DNA of 64,000 nt from Ignavibacteriota bacterium. GTDB taxonomy: Bacteria > Bacteroidota > Ignavibacteria > UBA10030. A program made the position numbers and the translations under genes. Below, piece after piece: positions 19,219-29,777 of the stretch; within the stretch, counting starts at the first letter, position 1; every line of letters starts with the position of its first letter. The stretch is from positions 800,001-864,000 of the forward strand of contig CAVSHO010000009.1 of the NCBI GenBank assembly GCA_963727825.1, read 5' to 3'. Below the pieces are notes generated by a model. That model made no database searches. It saw only the letters and a program-made list of their open reading frames with translations, and had not been told where the DNA came from.

Positions 19219-21003
19219 TTACTCAACGCGCTCTGCTCCTAATTCGCGTTTGAGTAAAGTGAGAATTGGATGTTCTTTTGCTTGTGTGGAATTTTGTTCA
19301 ATTTCTATACCGGAGTTCTTTATATTTGATAATGATGGTGCTGTTGTGTAGACCGCTTTTACTGGTATATCTGTGTCAAAATGGAGAACCGGTTCTATGG
19401 CGACACGTTTTCCTACCACTTGATGGAGAGTACTCGACAGAAAATCTCTATTCCGTTTAAGTGTCGAAAAATGATAATCGTCTGGACAAGAAATGCGCAC
19501 CACGCCGTTGTGGACATCAAGAATACTTGTTTCCGTTAATGATGTCCCGACGGCAATATGCGATTTTGAAACATTGTTAACGAAGGCTGGCCAATGTTTC
19601 GTTATCTCATCTACAGATGCCGATTGAATCATTGCCGGTGGTTCGGAAACTTGTTGAGCCGTTTGCTGAAATTCGGTCAGCTTTGATGTCTCTGTAAGTT
19701 TTGTAAGATCTGTGCCGATGAGAGATGAATAGCTGATCGCAGATTTACTTTTCAAATATCCAGCACCAACCTCGCCTACGACTTTAAGATTGGAAGATGG
19801 AGATGTGTTATGTTGAGAAAAATCTGGGGAAGACTGCGATAAATTGATGCTGCTATTACCGTTCACTTTTTTTTTGAGCATATCAATTTGTTGGAGCAAT
19901 TCTCCGATCTGCACAGAGCTTTCCATTTTTGCCATCTGGATTAGCCCTGCTTCAAGCCGATACCGTGGCTGTGCTGCCCACCGAAGCGCTTGATCTAATT
20001 CGTTCGTTTGCTTGATGTAACGCAACAAGTCTTGCTCTGTGAATTGATTCGCTTCCTTTTCATATCGTTTCTTATAACTTTCCGATACCTCGATGAGCTG
20101 CGTAGATTCGGTTGATCGCACGATCAGTAAATTGCGAAGATGTTCTGATAACCCGCTGACAAACTCGCGTAAGTCATAACAGCTTTTTATAATTTCATCA
20201 ACTAATTGTATGGCACAGTGTGTGTCGTGGCTTTTTAGAAAATCGGATACACGAAAATAAATTTCTTGATTGACAACGTTGAACGCTTTCAGTAATTCCA
20301 CGGTCTTGATTTCGTTGCCGCAGAACGAACGCACTTGGTCAAATATGCTCTGTGCATCCCGAAGAGATCCATCGGCGCGTTTGGCGATTACCATCAAAGC
20401 GTCATTTTCAATAACGATGTTTTCAACTTTTGATATTGTTGTAAGTGTATTAATAATTTCTTCGATGGCAATACGCCGGAAATCGAACCGTTGACATCGA
20501 GAAAGAATCGTCATTGGTACTTTATGCACTTCTGTCGTTGCAAATATAAATACGACATGTGTTGGCGGTTCTTCAAGTGTTTTAAGAAGTGCGTTGAATG
20601 CTTCCTTTGTCAGCATATGCACTTCATCGATGATGTAGATTTTATATTTGCCACGCGTTGGTGTGTACCGGACAGAATCACGCAAGTTTCGGATTTCTTC
20701 CACTCCGCGGTTAGATGCGCCGTCAATCTCAATAACATCAAGTCCGCGTCCCTCAATTATTTCCTTGCACACTTCACAAGTATTATCCGGATTCTGATTG
20801 ACAGAAGAAAGACAGTTAAGCGCTCGGGCAAGAATACGCGCTGTTGTTGTTTTGCCGCATCCACGCGTACCGCTAAAAATATACGCATGAGCAACAAGAT
20901 TATGCGCAATTGCATTGCGAAGAGTATTTGTTACATGGCTCTGACCGACGACATCGTCAAAGATCATCGGCCGCCATTTACGCGCTGTTACTTGATAGTC
21001 CAT
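19219..21003 (-). CDS. dnaX: DNA polymerase III subunit gamma/tau
   Basis: ARKWRP, GTRGCGKTT, EIDGAS, DEVHML, LLKTLEEPP, SRC motifs. Confidence 0.97.
   Translation of the reverse strand: MDYQVTARKWRPMIFDDVVGQSHVTNTLRNAIAHNLVAHAYIFSGTRGCGKTTTARILARALNCLSSVNQNPDNTCEVCKEIIEGRGLDVIEIDGASNRGVEEIRNLRDSVRYTPTRGKYKIYIIDEVHMLTKEAFNALLKTLEEPPTHVVFIFATTEVHKVPMTILSRCQRFDFRRIAIEEIINTLTTISKVENIVIENDALMVIAKRADGSLRDAQSIFDQVRSFCGNEIKTVELLKAFNVVNQEIYFRVSDFLKSHDTHCAIQLVDEIIKSCYDLREFVSGLSEHLRNLLIVRSTESTQLIEVSESYKKRYEKEANQFTEQDLLRYIKQTNELDQALRWAAQPRYRLEAGLIQMAKMESSVQIGELLQQIDMLKKKVNGNSSINLSQSSPDFSQHNTSPSSNLKVVGEVGAGYLKSKSAISYSSLIGTDLTKLTETSKLTEFQQTAQQVSEPPAMIQSASVDEITKHWPAFVNNVSKSHIAVGTSLTETSILDVHNGVVRISCPDDYHFSTLKRNRDFLSSTLHQVVGKRVAIEPVLHFDTDIPVKAVYTTAPSLSNIKNSGIEIEQNSTQAKEHPILTLLKRELGAERVE
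19867..19875 (-). other. A9 putative slippage/frameshift site in dnaX
   Basis: CTC AAA AAA AAA GTG AAC GGT AA; both alternative frames stop within a few codons. Confidence 0.65.
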
Positions 21004-21032
21004 TCCATCTCAAGATAGAAAATTATTTATGG

Positions 21033-21112
21033 AAGAATACAGAAATCAGAATCCAGAATCCAGTAGTTTTTCTTGTTTATTTTCTTTCTTCTATTCCGCT
21101 TCCGAATTCTTT
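21033..21112. repeat. degenerate inverted 7-bp repeat arrays
   Basis: AAGAATA CAGAAAT CAGAATC CAGAATC CAGTAGT followed by a pyrimidine-rich arm (TTCTTTC TTCTATT...TTCCGAA TTCTTTA). Confidence 0.6.
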
Positions 21113-21138
21113 AATGTCTTTTAACTTTTTGCAGAATT

Positions 21139-23544
21139 CTAATCTTTTTTGGTGATATTTCTTTTACTTGAGAACACATATTTCATCGCTTCTTTAATTG
21201 TCTCGATCGGAACAATTGCCAACCCTTCTTTTACTTTGTCCGGAATTTCCGCGAGGTCTTTCACATTCTCCCGTGGTATCAATACTGTCTTAATACCGCT
21301 CCGTTGCGCCGCAAGAAGTTTTTCATTCAATCCGCCAATAGGGAGAACGTTACCGCGCAATGTAATCTCGCCTGTCATTGCTACATCGTTGCAGGCTGGC
21401 CGGTTGCTCGCCGCGGATATAATTGCCATTGCCATTGTCACCCCAGCAGATGGACCATCCTTAGGAATCGCGCCTTCGGGTAGATGGATATGGATTTCGC
21501 GATTCTTGTTGAATTCCGGATTTACACCTAACTTCCTTGCATTCGAACGAATATAGCTCAACGCCGCTTGTGCCGATTCCTTCATAACATCGCCTAGTTG
21601 TCCAGTTAGTGTCAGGCGCTCTGTGCCGCGCATAATTGTTGCATCAACATTGAGAATTTCACCGCCGACGCTTGTCCATGCTAATCCTGTGACAGAACCA
21701 ATCCGCGGCTGTGATTCGACTGGTTTTGTGCGAAACTTCGGAACACCAATATATTTTTCCACGTTTTTTGGCGTTACTTGAATATCTGTTTTCTTTTGTT
21801 TCTTTTCTGGTTTTCCATTCGTTTGTTTGGCAAGTACTATTTCTTTTGCCACTTTGCGGCAAATAGATGCAATTTCACGCTCAAGATTTCTCACGCCAGC
21901 TTCACGTGTATATTCTTGAATAATTTTTATAATCGCCGCATCGTCGAAATGAACTTCATCAGTTTTTAATCCATGCGCTTTAAGTTGTTTACCTACAATA
22001 TGGCGCTTTGCAATTTCTTTTTTCTCGTATTCAAGATATCCCGGTAATTCAATAATTTCCATACGATCCTGAAGCGGGGGCGGAATAGCGAAGCGAACGT
22101 TTGCTGTTGTGATAAACATAACTTTCGATAAGTCGTAATCAACTTCAATATAATGGTCATTAAATGCAACGTTCTGTTCTGGATCAAGCACCTCTAAAAG
22201 TGCCGCTGATGGATCACCCCGAAAATCCATGCTCATTTTATCTACTTCATCCATTAACAGCACCGGATTGACAACACCGGCTCGCTTCATTGATTGAATA
22301 ATTTTACCGGGCATTGAACCAATGTACGTACGCCTGTGACCTCGAATTTCTGCTTCATCCCGGATACCGCCAAGTGAAATTCGCACAAACTTTCTACCCA
22401 GTGCACGCGCGATTGATTTCGCCAACGATGTTTTTCCAACGCCCGGCGGACCGACAAAGCAAAGAATTTGCCCGCGCATTTCTTTCACCAAATTCAGCAC
22501 TGCTATATTCTCAAGAATCCTTTCCTTGGGTTTGTCTAATCCATAATGATCGGCATCAAGAATTTCTTTCACATGCGAGATCATCAAATCGTCTTTCGTT
22601 CTCTTATACCACGGTACTGCAATAAGCCATTCCAGATAATTACGCGTAACACCAAATTCAGGCGACATTGGCGAAGTTTTCTTCAGCTTATTAAATTCCT
22701 CGAACGCCTTTTCTTTTGCTTCTTTAGGCATCTTCGCAGCAAGCAATTGTTCTTTCAGCTTAACCATTTCTGGTGAAGCTTCATCGTCGCCAAGCTCATC
22801 CTGAAGAATTCTGATTTGTTCCTGTATGAAGAATTTTCGCTGTGATTTCTGAATGTTATCTTGCACTTTTGTGTCGATGTCACGCTCAATTTTCAGAATA
22901 TCTACCTCTGTACCGAGGATTTTTGAAAGTTCGTACAGTTGATCACGAAGCGTAGATATCTGCAAAATGCGTTGTTTCACTTCTACGCTTTGAATAATAT
23001 TAGAGGCAATGTAATACATTTTCCGCTGTGGCTCTTTGATGCCGTCGTAGGCCATAATCACTTCCGGCGGAATGTTGCGGTTGAGCCGGACGTATTCCGC
23101 AAACAGTGTAGTCGCATGCCGCACAAGTGCTTCAATTTCACGTCCAGACGGTGGATCAATGCGGTTAACAATAATTTCTGCTTCAAGAAAATTGGAATTA
23201 TTAATGAATTTTTTAATGTTCGCTTGTGCAATTCCGTCAACCAGTATTTTCATCAAGCCGTTTGGCAATTTTAACATTTGAAGAATTTTTGCCACCGTGC
23301 CTTCTCGATAAATATCTTCTTCTGTGGGTTCGTCAATTGATGAATTTTTCTGTGCAACAAGTAAAATATTCTTACCTCGAGCTAAAGACTCATTTGCGGC
23401 ACGAAGTGAAGATTCCCTTCCGACGAGCACAGGAAAAATCATATACGGAAACAAGACCACATCTCTAAGGGGCAAAACAGGCAAGATATTGGGAATATGA
23501 TCTAATGTTTCAATATTTAGATTGGGATTAGCGGTATTGTTCAT
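21139..23544 (-). CDS. lon: ATP-dependent protease La
   Basis: LPVLPLRD N-domain, GPPGVGKTS, PKDGPSAG catalytic Ser, GGLNEK. Confidence 0.97.
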   Translation of the reverse strand: MNNTANPNLNIETLDHIPNILPVLPLRDVVLFPYMIFPVLVGRESSLRAANESLARGKNILLVAQKNSSIDEPTEEDIYREGTVAKILQMLKLPNGLMKILVDGIAQANIKKFINNSNFLEAEIIVNRIDPPSGREIEALVRHATTLFAEYVRLNRNIPPEVIMAYDGIKEPQRKMYYIASNIIQSVEVKQRILQISTLRDQLYELSKILGTEVDILKIERDIDTKVQDNIQKSQRKFFIQEQIRILQDELGDDEASPEMVKLKEQLLAAKMPKEAKEKAFEEFNKLKKTSPMSPEFGVTRNYLEWLIAVPWYKRTKDDLMISHVKEILDADHYGLDKPKERILENIAVLNLVKEMRGQILCFVGPPGVGKTSLAKSIARALGRKFVRISLGGIRDEAEIRGHRRTYIGSMPGKIIQSMKRAGVVNPVLLMDEVDKMSMDFRGDPSAALLEVLDPEQNVAFNDHYIEVDYDLSKVMFITTANVRFAIPPPLQDRMEIIELPGYLEYEKKEIAKRHIVGKQLKAHGLKTDEVHFDDAAIIKIIQEYTREAGVRNLEREIASICRKVAKEIVLAKQTNGKPEKKQKKTDIQVTPKNVEKYIGVPKFRTKPVESQPRIGSVTGLAWTSVGGEILNVDATIMRGTERLTLTGQLGDVMKESAQAALSYIRSNARKLGVNPEFNKNREIHIHLPEGAIPKDGPSAGVTMAMAIISAASNRPACNDVAMTGEITLRGNVLPIGGLNEKLLAAQRSGIKTVLIPRENVKDLAEIPDKVKEGLAIVPIETIKEAMKYVFSSKRNITKKD

Positions 23545-23573
23545 AGGATTGATTTAATTTTAGCTATAAAAAC

Positions 23574-23609
23574 AAAAAGTGGGCACATCCGCTTGTTGCG
23601 GATACACCC
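23574..23609 (-). terminator. terminator-like hairpin upstream of lon
   Basis: GGGTGTATCCGC-AACAA-GCGGATGTGCCC-ACTTTTT (stem includes GU pairs). Confidence 0.6.
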
Positions 23610-23626
23610 AATTGTTTCACTGGTTA

Positions 23627-23655
23627 AATATACCGAGGAATGGCGGGAGAGTCAA
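23627..23655 (-). promoter_or_regulatory. putative sigma70 promoter of lon
   Basis: TTGACT-17 bp-TATATT. Confidence 0.6.
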
Positions 23656-23832
23656 GGAACGAAAAAACAGATATACTGCAGACAATAAATAGACAGAAAA
23701 ACCACAAATAGAATTATTCGATCATAGAATAAATAAGGTGATCAGCGCTAAAAATACCGGGGGTTATCAAAACGAATGCTCCTTTTGTTATGGCGTTTTT
23801 TACATGTGTTTATATTTCAAATTCAAAATAAT

Positions 23833-24543
23833 TTATACTAAGCTCTTATTTAGGAAGCGTACAAGTGGCGCTGCCTCTTCGCAGATGGTTGCAACCTCGC
23901 CGACCAGTGATTCACTGCAATATTTTAACTCAGGCAATGATACACCAACAAAGAATTGTTTGAATTTCAGCCAATCAGCCATCGGATGGTTTTCATCATA
24001 TCCTTTCGGAATACGCTGAAGCTTTGACCATTCGAATGGTGAAAAACGATTTTGAAATCTACGGTTTTCAACTATTGAAAGAAAATCTTCGCCGTGATCG
24101 CCAATTGCTTTACGTATCTTCTTAAGTTGATCATTATTCGGTATATAGATCCCTCCGCCAACAAAAAATTCACCCGGTTCAATTTGGATATAATAACCCG
24201 AACCGATAAACCCTTTTGGCATTCCTCTCAATACAAAATGCGCGGCAATATGTGTTTTATATGGAGTTTTGTCTGAACTAAATCTAATGTCGCGGTAAAT
24301 TCGGAAGATTGATCGTTTCGGATTAAGATCAAACTCCGGGGCAAATTGAGTGAAGTGCGGTTGTAGTGCTGCAATAAATGAAAGCATGGGGGTTTTAGCG
24401 TTTTGTTCAAACTCTTCTTTATGCTTTTCAAACCACTCACGATTGTTGTTTTGTTTGAGCTGTTTTAAAAACTTGATACATTCTTTTGGAAATCCTTCGA
24501 AAGGTGGATAGAGATCCAAATCCATTAAGGGAATTTTAGACAT
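23833..24543 (-). CDS. DUF2461 (TIGR02453-like) protein
   Basis: NNNREWF, FRIYRDIRFSSDKTPYK, PKGYD..HP motifs. Confidence 0.9.
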   Translation of the reverse strand: MSKIPLMDLDLYPPFEGFPKECIKFLKQLKQNNNREWFEKHKEEFEQNAKTPMLSFIAALQPHFTQFAPEFDLNPKRSIFRIYRDIRFSSDKTPYKTHIAAHFVLRGMPKGFIGSGYYIQIEPGEFFVGGGIYIPNNDQLKKIRKAIGDHGEDFLSIVENRRFQNRFSPFEWSKLQRIPKGYDENHPMADWLKFKQFFVGVSLPELKYCSESLVGEVATICEEAAPLVRFLNKSLV

Positions 24544-24575
24544 GATATCCTTCTCCTATATAATAAAACGCGAAA

Positions 24576-25520
24576 TTATTTTCCTTCGATCGCGGCTCGA
24601 ACAAATCCATTTGATTTTATCAATCTTTGTCGCGCTTCCTCCTGCGAGACATTTGCTTTGATCATTACAAGAGCAATTTTTACTTGGAATTTTGATTTTG
24701 TTAAATAATTTGTTGCTTCGTCGTACGAAACACCCGTAATCATCATAACAATGCGTTTTGCTCGCTCTCGTAGTTTTAGATTCGTCATTTTAAGATCGAT
24801 CATCATATTCTGGTACACTTTTCCCAGGTGAATCATTGCTGCTGTTGTTATCATATTTAGGACAAGTTTCTGCGCTGTTCCAGATTTCATTCTTGTTGAA
24901 CCCATAATAATTTCAGGACCGACCTCCGGACAAATAGCAATGTCGATTACAGAAGCAATATCAGAAAATTCTGGTAAATAAAAACTGGAACGTGGATTTG
25001 TTGTTACATATAATGTGTGTGCCCCAAGTTGCTTTGCTCGTTTTATCGCCCCTACAACATAAGGCGTGCGGAGACTTGCGGCAATTCCGCACACTATATC
25101 ACTCTTATTAATATTTTTATTGTCGATATCTCGCGCACCTTTTTCTTCATAATCCTCTGCACCTTCTTGAGCGCGGAACATTGCTTTCTCTCCGCCGGCA
25201 ATTAATCCTTGAATCATTTCAGGATCTACTCCAAAAGTTGGCGGGCATTCTACAGCATCTAGAATTCCTAATCTTCCGCTTGTTCCGGCTCCAACATATA
25301 TAAGGCGTCCATTATTCCGAAATGCATCAACTACAAGTTCAACAGCTTTCTTGATATGGGGTATTTGCGTTTCAACCGCTAACGCGACTTTCTTGTCTTC
25401 ATTATTGACAAGAACAAGAATCTCTTCGGTTGAGCGAGAATCAATATCCATACTCGCAGGGTTTCTTTGTTCGGTCATTAATTGTTGAAGCTGATCAAAA
25501 AGCGCTTTCTCTTTAGACAA
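24576..25520 (-). CDS. murQ: N-acetylmuramic acid 6-phosphate etherase
   Basis: TEQRN, GAGTSGRLG, ECPPTF, EGAED, GSTRMKSGTAQK motifs. Confidence 0.95.
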   Translation of the reverse strand: MSKEKALFDQLQQLMTEQRNPASMDIDSRSTEEILVLVNNEDKKVALAVETQIPHIKKAVELVVDAFRNNGRLIYVGAGTSGRLGILDAVECPPTFGVDPEMIQGLIAGGEKAMFRAQEGAEDYEEKGARDIDNKNINKSDIVCGIAASLRTPYVVGAIKRAKQLGAHTLYVTTNPRSSFYLPEFSDIASVIDIAICPEVGPEIIMGSTRMKSGTAQKLVLNMITTAAMIHLGKVYQNMMIDLKMTNLKLRERAKRIVMMITGVSYDEATNYLTKSKFQVKIALVMIKANVSQEEARQRLIKSNGFVRAAIEGK

Positions 25521-25547
25521 TTTCGTGTCTTTCTAATGAATGATGAT

Positions 25548-26270
25548 TTAAATATGGACTATTAATATCTTTTTGTCAGAAGCAATAAGATGTTCCGATC
25601 CGATAAATGCAAGATTAACCGAATTGATGCTCACTCGAGGATAGCGCCGCTTTGCCAGGCCAATTTCCTGTGTCAAGTCGCCGCCTTTGAATGCAATAAG
25701 TGCGGGAGGATTGGGTTCTATAGGGCCATCACACACTATATTTTCAAACGAATAAGCATAATTCTCTTCTTTAAGGAAATTTATTGACATAGAAATTAGC
25801 TCGTTTAATTGGCAAACTGCTCTTGCGACCGCAAAATCAAATTTGTGCAAATGTTCGGCTTGCTTCCCAATTTCTTCCGCTCTACCCCAAACTACTTTTA
25901 TATTTTTAATCTTCAAATCCTCAATCATTTCCATAACGGCATTTGCTTTTTTTCTCGTTGCATCAATACAAAGTAAAGAAATATCTGGGCGCAAAATCTT
26001 TAACGGAATCCCCGGCAATCCGCCACCAGTGCCAATGTCAACAATTCTGCATCCTTCCATCAATTTTACTCTAAACAACAATGATACACTGTGAAGTATG
26101 TGGTAATTCCAAATATTTTCTTCGTCTTTTCTAGAAATCAAGTTGATTTTCTTGTTCCAATTTAGAAGCAAATCAACGTATTGATCTAATTGCTCTACCT
26201 GTAAATCCGTTAGCACTAACCCATTTTTAACACATAACGAACTAAACCATAATTTCTTTTCGGGATGCAC
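25548..26270 (-). CDS. rsmG: 16S rRNA (guanine527-N7) methyltransferase
   Basis: WNKKINL, HILHS, DIGTGGGLPG, RAEE, ARAV, KG motifs; follows mnmG. Confidence 0.95.
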   Translation of the reverse strand: MHPEKKLWFSSLCVKNGLVLTDLQVEQLDQYVDLLLNWNKKINLISRKDEENIWNYHILHSVSLLFRVKLMEGCRIVDIGTGGGLPGIPLKILRPDISLLCIDATRKKANAVMEMIEDLKIKNIKVVWGRAEEIGKQAEHLHKFDFAVARAVCQLNELISMSINFLKEENYAYSFENIVCDGPIEPNPPALIAFKGGDLTQEIGLAKRRYPRVSINSVNLAFIGSEHLIASDKKILIVHI

Positions 26271-26295
26271 TATTCTTTACTCCGACATTGCTTAT

Positions 26296-26311
26296 TGTTC
26301 CACGTGAAAAA
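26296..26311. other. parS centromere-like site
   Basis: TGTTCCACGTGAAAAA versus consensus TGTTNCACGTGAAACA; intergenic and ori-proximal. Confidence 0.75.
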
Positions 26312-26317
26312 AGCAGA

Positions 26318-28237
26318 TTAATTTCTGAGGTACACCATCAAAACAGAAATATCTGCTGGCGTAACGCCGCTAATTCTGGAGGCTTGCCCGATGGAAAAGG
26401 GTTGAACCTTGACTAGTTTCTCTCTTCCCTCTGTCGACAGTGACTTCACTTTGTGATAATCTATTTCTTGTGGTATTTGAAGGGAGTCGAACCTGTTAAA
26501 TTTTTCAACTTCTTCTTTCTGCCGTTTAATATATCCATCGTACTTTAATTCTATTTCGATCTGTTCAATCACTTCGTTGAATAACCGGTCGTCACAGGAA
26601 GACAGAAGGTGCGAAAAAAATGTTGTTGAATTTATGAATTCACATTTCAAAAAATTTTGAAAACTAATATTTGAGCGTTTTAAGAGTTTCGCTAACTTTT
26701 CATTTTCTTGAATAGTTCCAGCATTCGCCTCTTTTAACAACGGATTTGCATCTTTCGGTGTCACAGAAAGCTGATTAGAGAATATAACCCCTTCGTTTAT
26801 CAGTTTCTCCTTTTTACGCAATCGAAATAGCATTTCACCCGGAATCAATCCAAGTTTGTGCCCAAACTCCATCAACCGTCGATCTGCGTTATCTTGGCGA
26901 AGTATAAGTCGATGTTCTGCGCGTGAAGTGAACATTCTATATGGTTCTTCAATGTCTCTATTTACCAAATCATCAATCAAAACTCCAATATATGACTCAG
27001 ATCTTTTAAGAATAATCGGATCCTCGTTTCTAATGTACTTTACGGCATTAATTCCAGCCAACAATCCTTGCGCAGCTGCCTCTTCATATCCTGATGTTCC
27101 GTTAATCTGTCCAGCAAAAAACATTCCGCTAACAATTTTTGTTTCTAAAGAAAGTTTTAGTTGGTGCGGTGGAAAATAATCATATTCTACGGCATAGCCG
27201 GGTCGTAACATTTTTACATTATGCAACCCTGGAATTGTGTGTAGTCCTTCAACTTGAACATCTGCGGGTAAGCTTGTTGAATATCCGTTAACATACACAA
27301 CATTTGTATTATAGCCCTCTGGCTCAAGAAAAATGTGGTGGCGGTCTCTATCTGAAAAACGATTTATTTTGTCTTCAATAGACGGGCAATAACGGGGGCC
27401 TATGCCTTTAATTCTACCTGTGAAGAGCGGTGATCTATCAAACCCTTTCCGAAGAACTTTATGAGTTTCTGTGTTTGTATAGGTTAGGAACATTGGAATA
27501 AGTCTATTAGAAATTTTTAAATTTTGAAATGAGAATGGTTGAGGATTTATATCGGATGGCTGTTCTTCAGTCTCAGAAAAATCTATACTATTCTTATCAA
27601 TTCGTGGTGGTGTTCCAGTTTTAAGTCTTCCATGGACAAATCCGTGCTTTTCTAAACTATCTGTCAGACCTTCAGCACAAGGCTCATCATATCTTCCCCC
27701 TACAATGCTTTGTGTCCCAGTGTGCATAAGTCCCCTTAGAAATGTGCCCGCGCACAAAACAAATGCTTTACATCTAATTTTGGTTCCGTCTTTAAGAACA
27801 ATTCCTTTAATTGCAGAAATGTTCTTTGAATTTTGCTCTTCAATGTCAATATCCCATACTATTCCTTCAAGCATTTGAATATCAGATCGTTTCGTAATAC
27901 GAAGCTGAGCTTCTCGCGAGTATCCCTCACGATCGTTTTGGGAACGTGGTGACCAAACCGCGGGCCCCTTCGAAAGGTTAAGCATACGAAAATGAATCCC
28001 TGTTGCATCCGCAATTTTCGCCATCTCTCCACCAAGAGCATCAATTTCTCGAACAATGTGTCCTTTTGCAGTTCCGCCAATCGCTGGATTACAAGACATT
28101 CTACCAATTGCGCCTTTATCCATAGTGACCATTAGAACACTACAGCCCATCCTTGCGGCAGCTAAACTTGCCTCTATTCCAGCATGTCCTCCACCAGCTA
28201 TAATAACATCGTATTCTGTGCAACTCAATTCCATCAC
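26318..28237 (-). CDS. mnmG: tRNA uridine 5-carboxymethylaminomethyl modification enzyme
   Basis: [45 protein letters not shown] motifs. Confidence 0.97.
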   Translation of the reverse strand: MMELSCTEYDVIIAGGGHAGIEASLAAARMGCSVLMVTMDKGAIGRMSCNPAIGGTAKGHIVREIDALGGEMAKIADATGIHFRMLNLSKGPAVWSPRSQNDREGYSREAQLRITKRSDIQMLEGIVWDIDIEEQNSKNISAIKGIVLKDGTKIRCKAFVLCAGTFLRGLMHTGTQSIVGGRYDEPCAEGLTDSLEKHGFVHGRLKTGTPPRIDKNSIDFSETEEQPSDINPQPFSFQNLKISNRLIPMFLTYTNTETHKVLRKGFDRSPLFTGRIKGIGPRYCPSIEDKINRFSDRDRHHIFLEPEGYNTNVVYVNGYSTSLPADVQVEGLHTIPGLHNVKMLRPGYAVEYDYFPPHQLKLSLETKIVSGMFFAGQINGTSGYEEAAAQGLLAGINAVKYIRNEDPIILKRSESYIGVLIDDLVNRDIEEPYRMFTSRAEHRLILRQDNADRRLMEFGHKLGLIPGEMLFRLRKKEKLINEGVIFSNQLSVTPKDANPLLKEANAGTIQENEKLAKLLKRSNISFQNFLKCEFINSTTFFSHLLSSCDDRLFNEVIEQIEIELKYDGYIKRQKEEVEKFNRFDSLQIPQEIDYHKVKSLSTEGREKLVKVQPFSIGQASRISGVTPADISVLMVYLRN

Positions 28238-28254
28238 ATCTTATGCTCCATACA

Positions 28255-28270
28255 CGTTTCACGTGAAACT
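28255..28270. other. parS centromere-like site
   Basis: CGTTTCACGTGAAACT with perfect 14-bp palindromic core GTTTCACGTGAAAC. Confidence 0.85.
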
Positions 28271-28275
28271 AAAAA

Positions 28276-29664
28276 CTATTTACCGATGCAAAACTTTGAA
28301 AATATATTGTTCAGAATATCTTCGGTTGTCACTATACCAATAATTTCTCCTAATGAGTCTATCGCGGCTCTTAGATCAACCGCTATAAATTCCTCGCTTT
28401 CTCCTTTTTTTAAGGTATTTAATGCAGAAGTCAGGCTTTGTTTTGTATTCATTAATGCAAAATAATGCCTCACATTCGTAATTATTACAGATTCCTTGCT
28501 TTCCACTTGCGTCTGACCTAAAACCTTTTGGAATAATACATCTTTAAGCCTTTCGATACCCGTGTTATCAATTGCCGAGGTCTCTACCACAAGAATTTCT
28601 TTTAGAATGCCTTCAAACTGCGTTTTTTTAACCTGTAGATCGATTTTATTGTTTGCAACAATAAGTTTTTTGCGTTTTTCTTTCTTTATCGTTTCAAGGA
28701 TGTTTATTTCGTCTTTTGCTATTGCTTTTGAACTATCATGCACTAAAACTATTATATCTGATCTTTGTATGATTTTCCATGTTTTATAAATGCCTTCCTT
28801 TTCGATAACATCTTCAGTTTCTCGAATCCCCGCTGTATCAATCATTCTAAACAACACGCCTTCTATTGTTATTTTCTCTTCGATGAAATCTCGCGTTGTG
28901 CCAGGAACTTCTGTTACAATAGCACGATTTTCTTTGAGCATTACGTTCAACAAACTTGATTTACCGGCATTTGGTACTCCAATCAACGCAACAATAACTC
29001 CTTCGCGCCACACTTTGCCGTATTTATAGGTTCTTAAAAGATGATCTATTTCCAATATTCCAAGTTTAAATAAATTTTCCACTTTCTTTTTATCAATAAG
29101 TGCTATACCTTCTTCCGAAAAATCCAATTCCAATTCTATAATACCAAGCGATTGCAATAACTTTTCTCGAACTATGTGGATTTGTCTTGAAAGGGCGCCT
29201 TCCAATTGGTCTAATGATGTCTGTCGTGCTTTATCTGACTGAGCTTGAATAAGATCGGCAATTGCTTCTGCCTGAGAGAGGTCTAGTTTGCCATTAAGAA
29301 ATGCCCGTTGGGTAAATTCACCTGGCTCTGCCGGGCACACGTCGGTTTCTAATATACATTCTAACACTCGGCGAGTTACATTAATTCCGCCATGACAGCT
29401 AATCTCAACCGTGTTTTCACCCGTGAATGATTTGGGTGCGCGAAAGATCGTACATATAACTTCATCTACAATTTCGCTTCTATTGTTAATTATGCGTCCA
29501 AAATGAACAGTTTGACTTTTTGCTTTTAATAAGCTTACTCTTCCCTTAAATCGACTATCCACTTTATAAATTGCAGATTCGCCGCTGACACGTATTACCG
29601 AAATTGCTCCTTCGCCAATCGGTGTTGCAATTGCGGCTATTGTTTTTGTTAATCTTCCTATCAC
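28276..29664 (-). CDS. mnmE: tRNA modification GTPase
   Basis: TIAAIAT, GVPNAGKSS, GTTRD, DTAG, NKID, C-terminal FCIGK. Confidence 0.97.
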   Translation of the reverse strand: MIGRLTKTIAAIATPIGEGAISVIRVSGESAIYKVDSRFKGRVSLLKAKSQTVHFGRIINNRSEIVDEVICTIFRAPKSFTGENTVEISCHGGINVTRRVLECILETDVCPAEPGEFTQRAFLNGKLDLSQAEAIADLIQAQSDKARQTSLDQLEGALSRQIHIVREKLLQSLGIIELELDFSEEGIALIDKKKVENLFKLGILEIDHLLRTYKYGKVWREGVIVALIGVPNAGKSSLLNVMLKENRAIVTEVPGTTRDFIEEKITIEGVLFRMIDTAGIRETEDVIEKEGIYKTWKIIQRSDIIVLVHDSSKAIAKDEINILETIKKEKRKKLIVANNKIDLQVKKTQFEGILKEILVVETSAIDNTGIERLKDVLFQKVLGQTQVESKESVIITNVRHYFALMNTKQSLTSALNTLKKGESEEFIAVDLRAAIDSLGEIIGIVTTEDILNNIFSKFCIGK

Positions 29665-29724
29665 TTTTTTTATCTCTGAAAGAAATGTACGAAAAGCTAT
29701 ATCCTTTCACAATGCTATAAATAC

Positions 29725-29753
29725 AAAGCGCCTTGCTTTTCACAAGGCGCTTT
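29725..29753 (-). terminator. hairpin after yidC
   Basis: AAAGCGCCTTG-N7-CAAGGCGCTTT. Confidence 0.7.
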
Positions 29754-29777
29754 AATAAAAATGTTGTTTTGATTTAA

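Noticed and set aside
21004-21138. SRP RNA (ffs), often found upstream of dnaX
   Set aside because: No CAGG...GGAA...AGCAG helix motif; the spacer is low-complexity heptamer repeat
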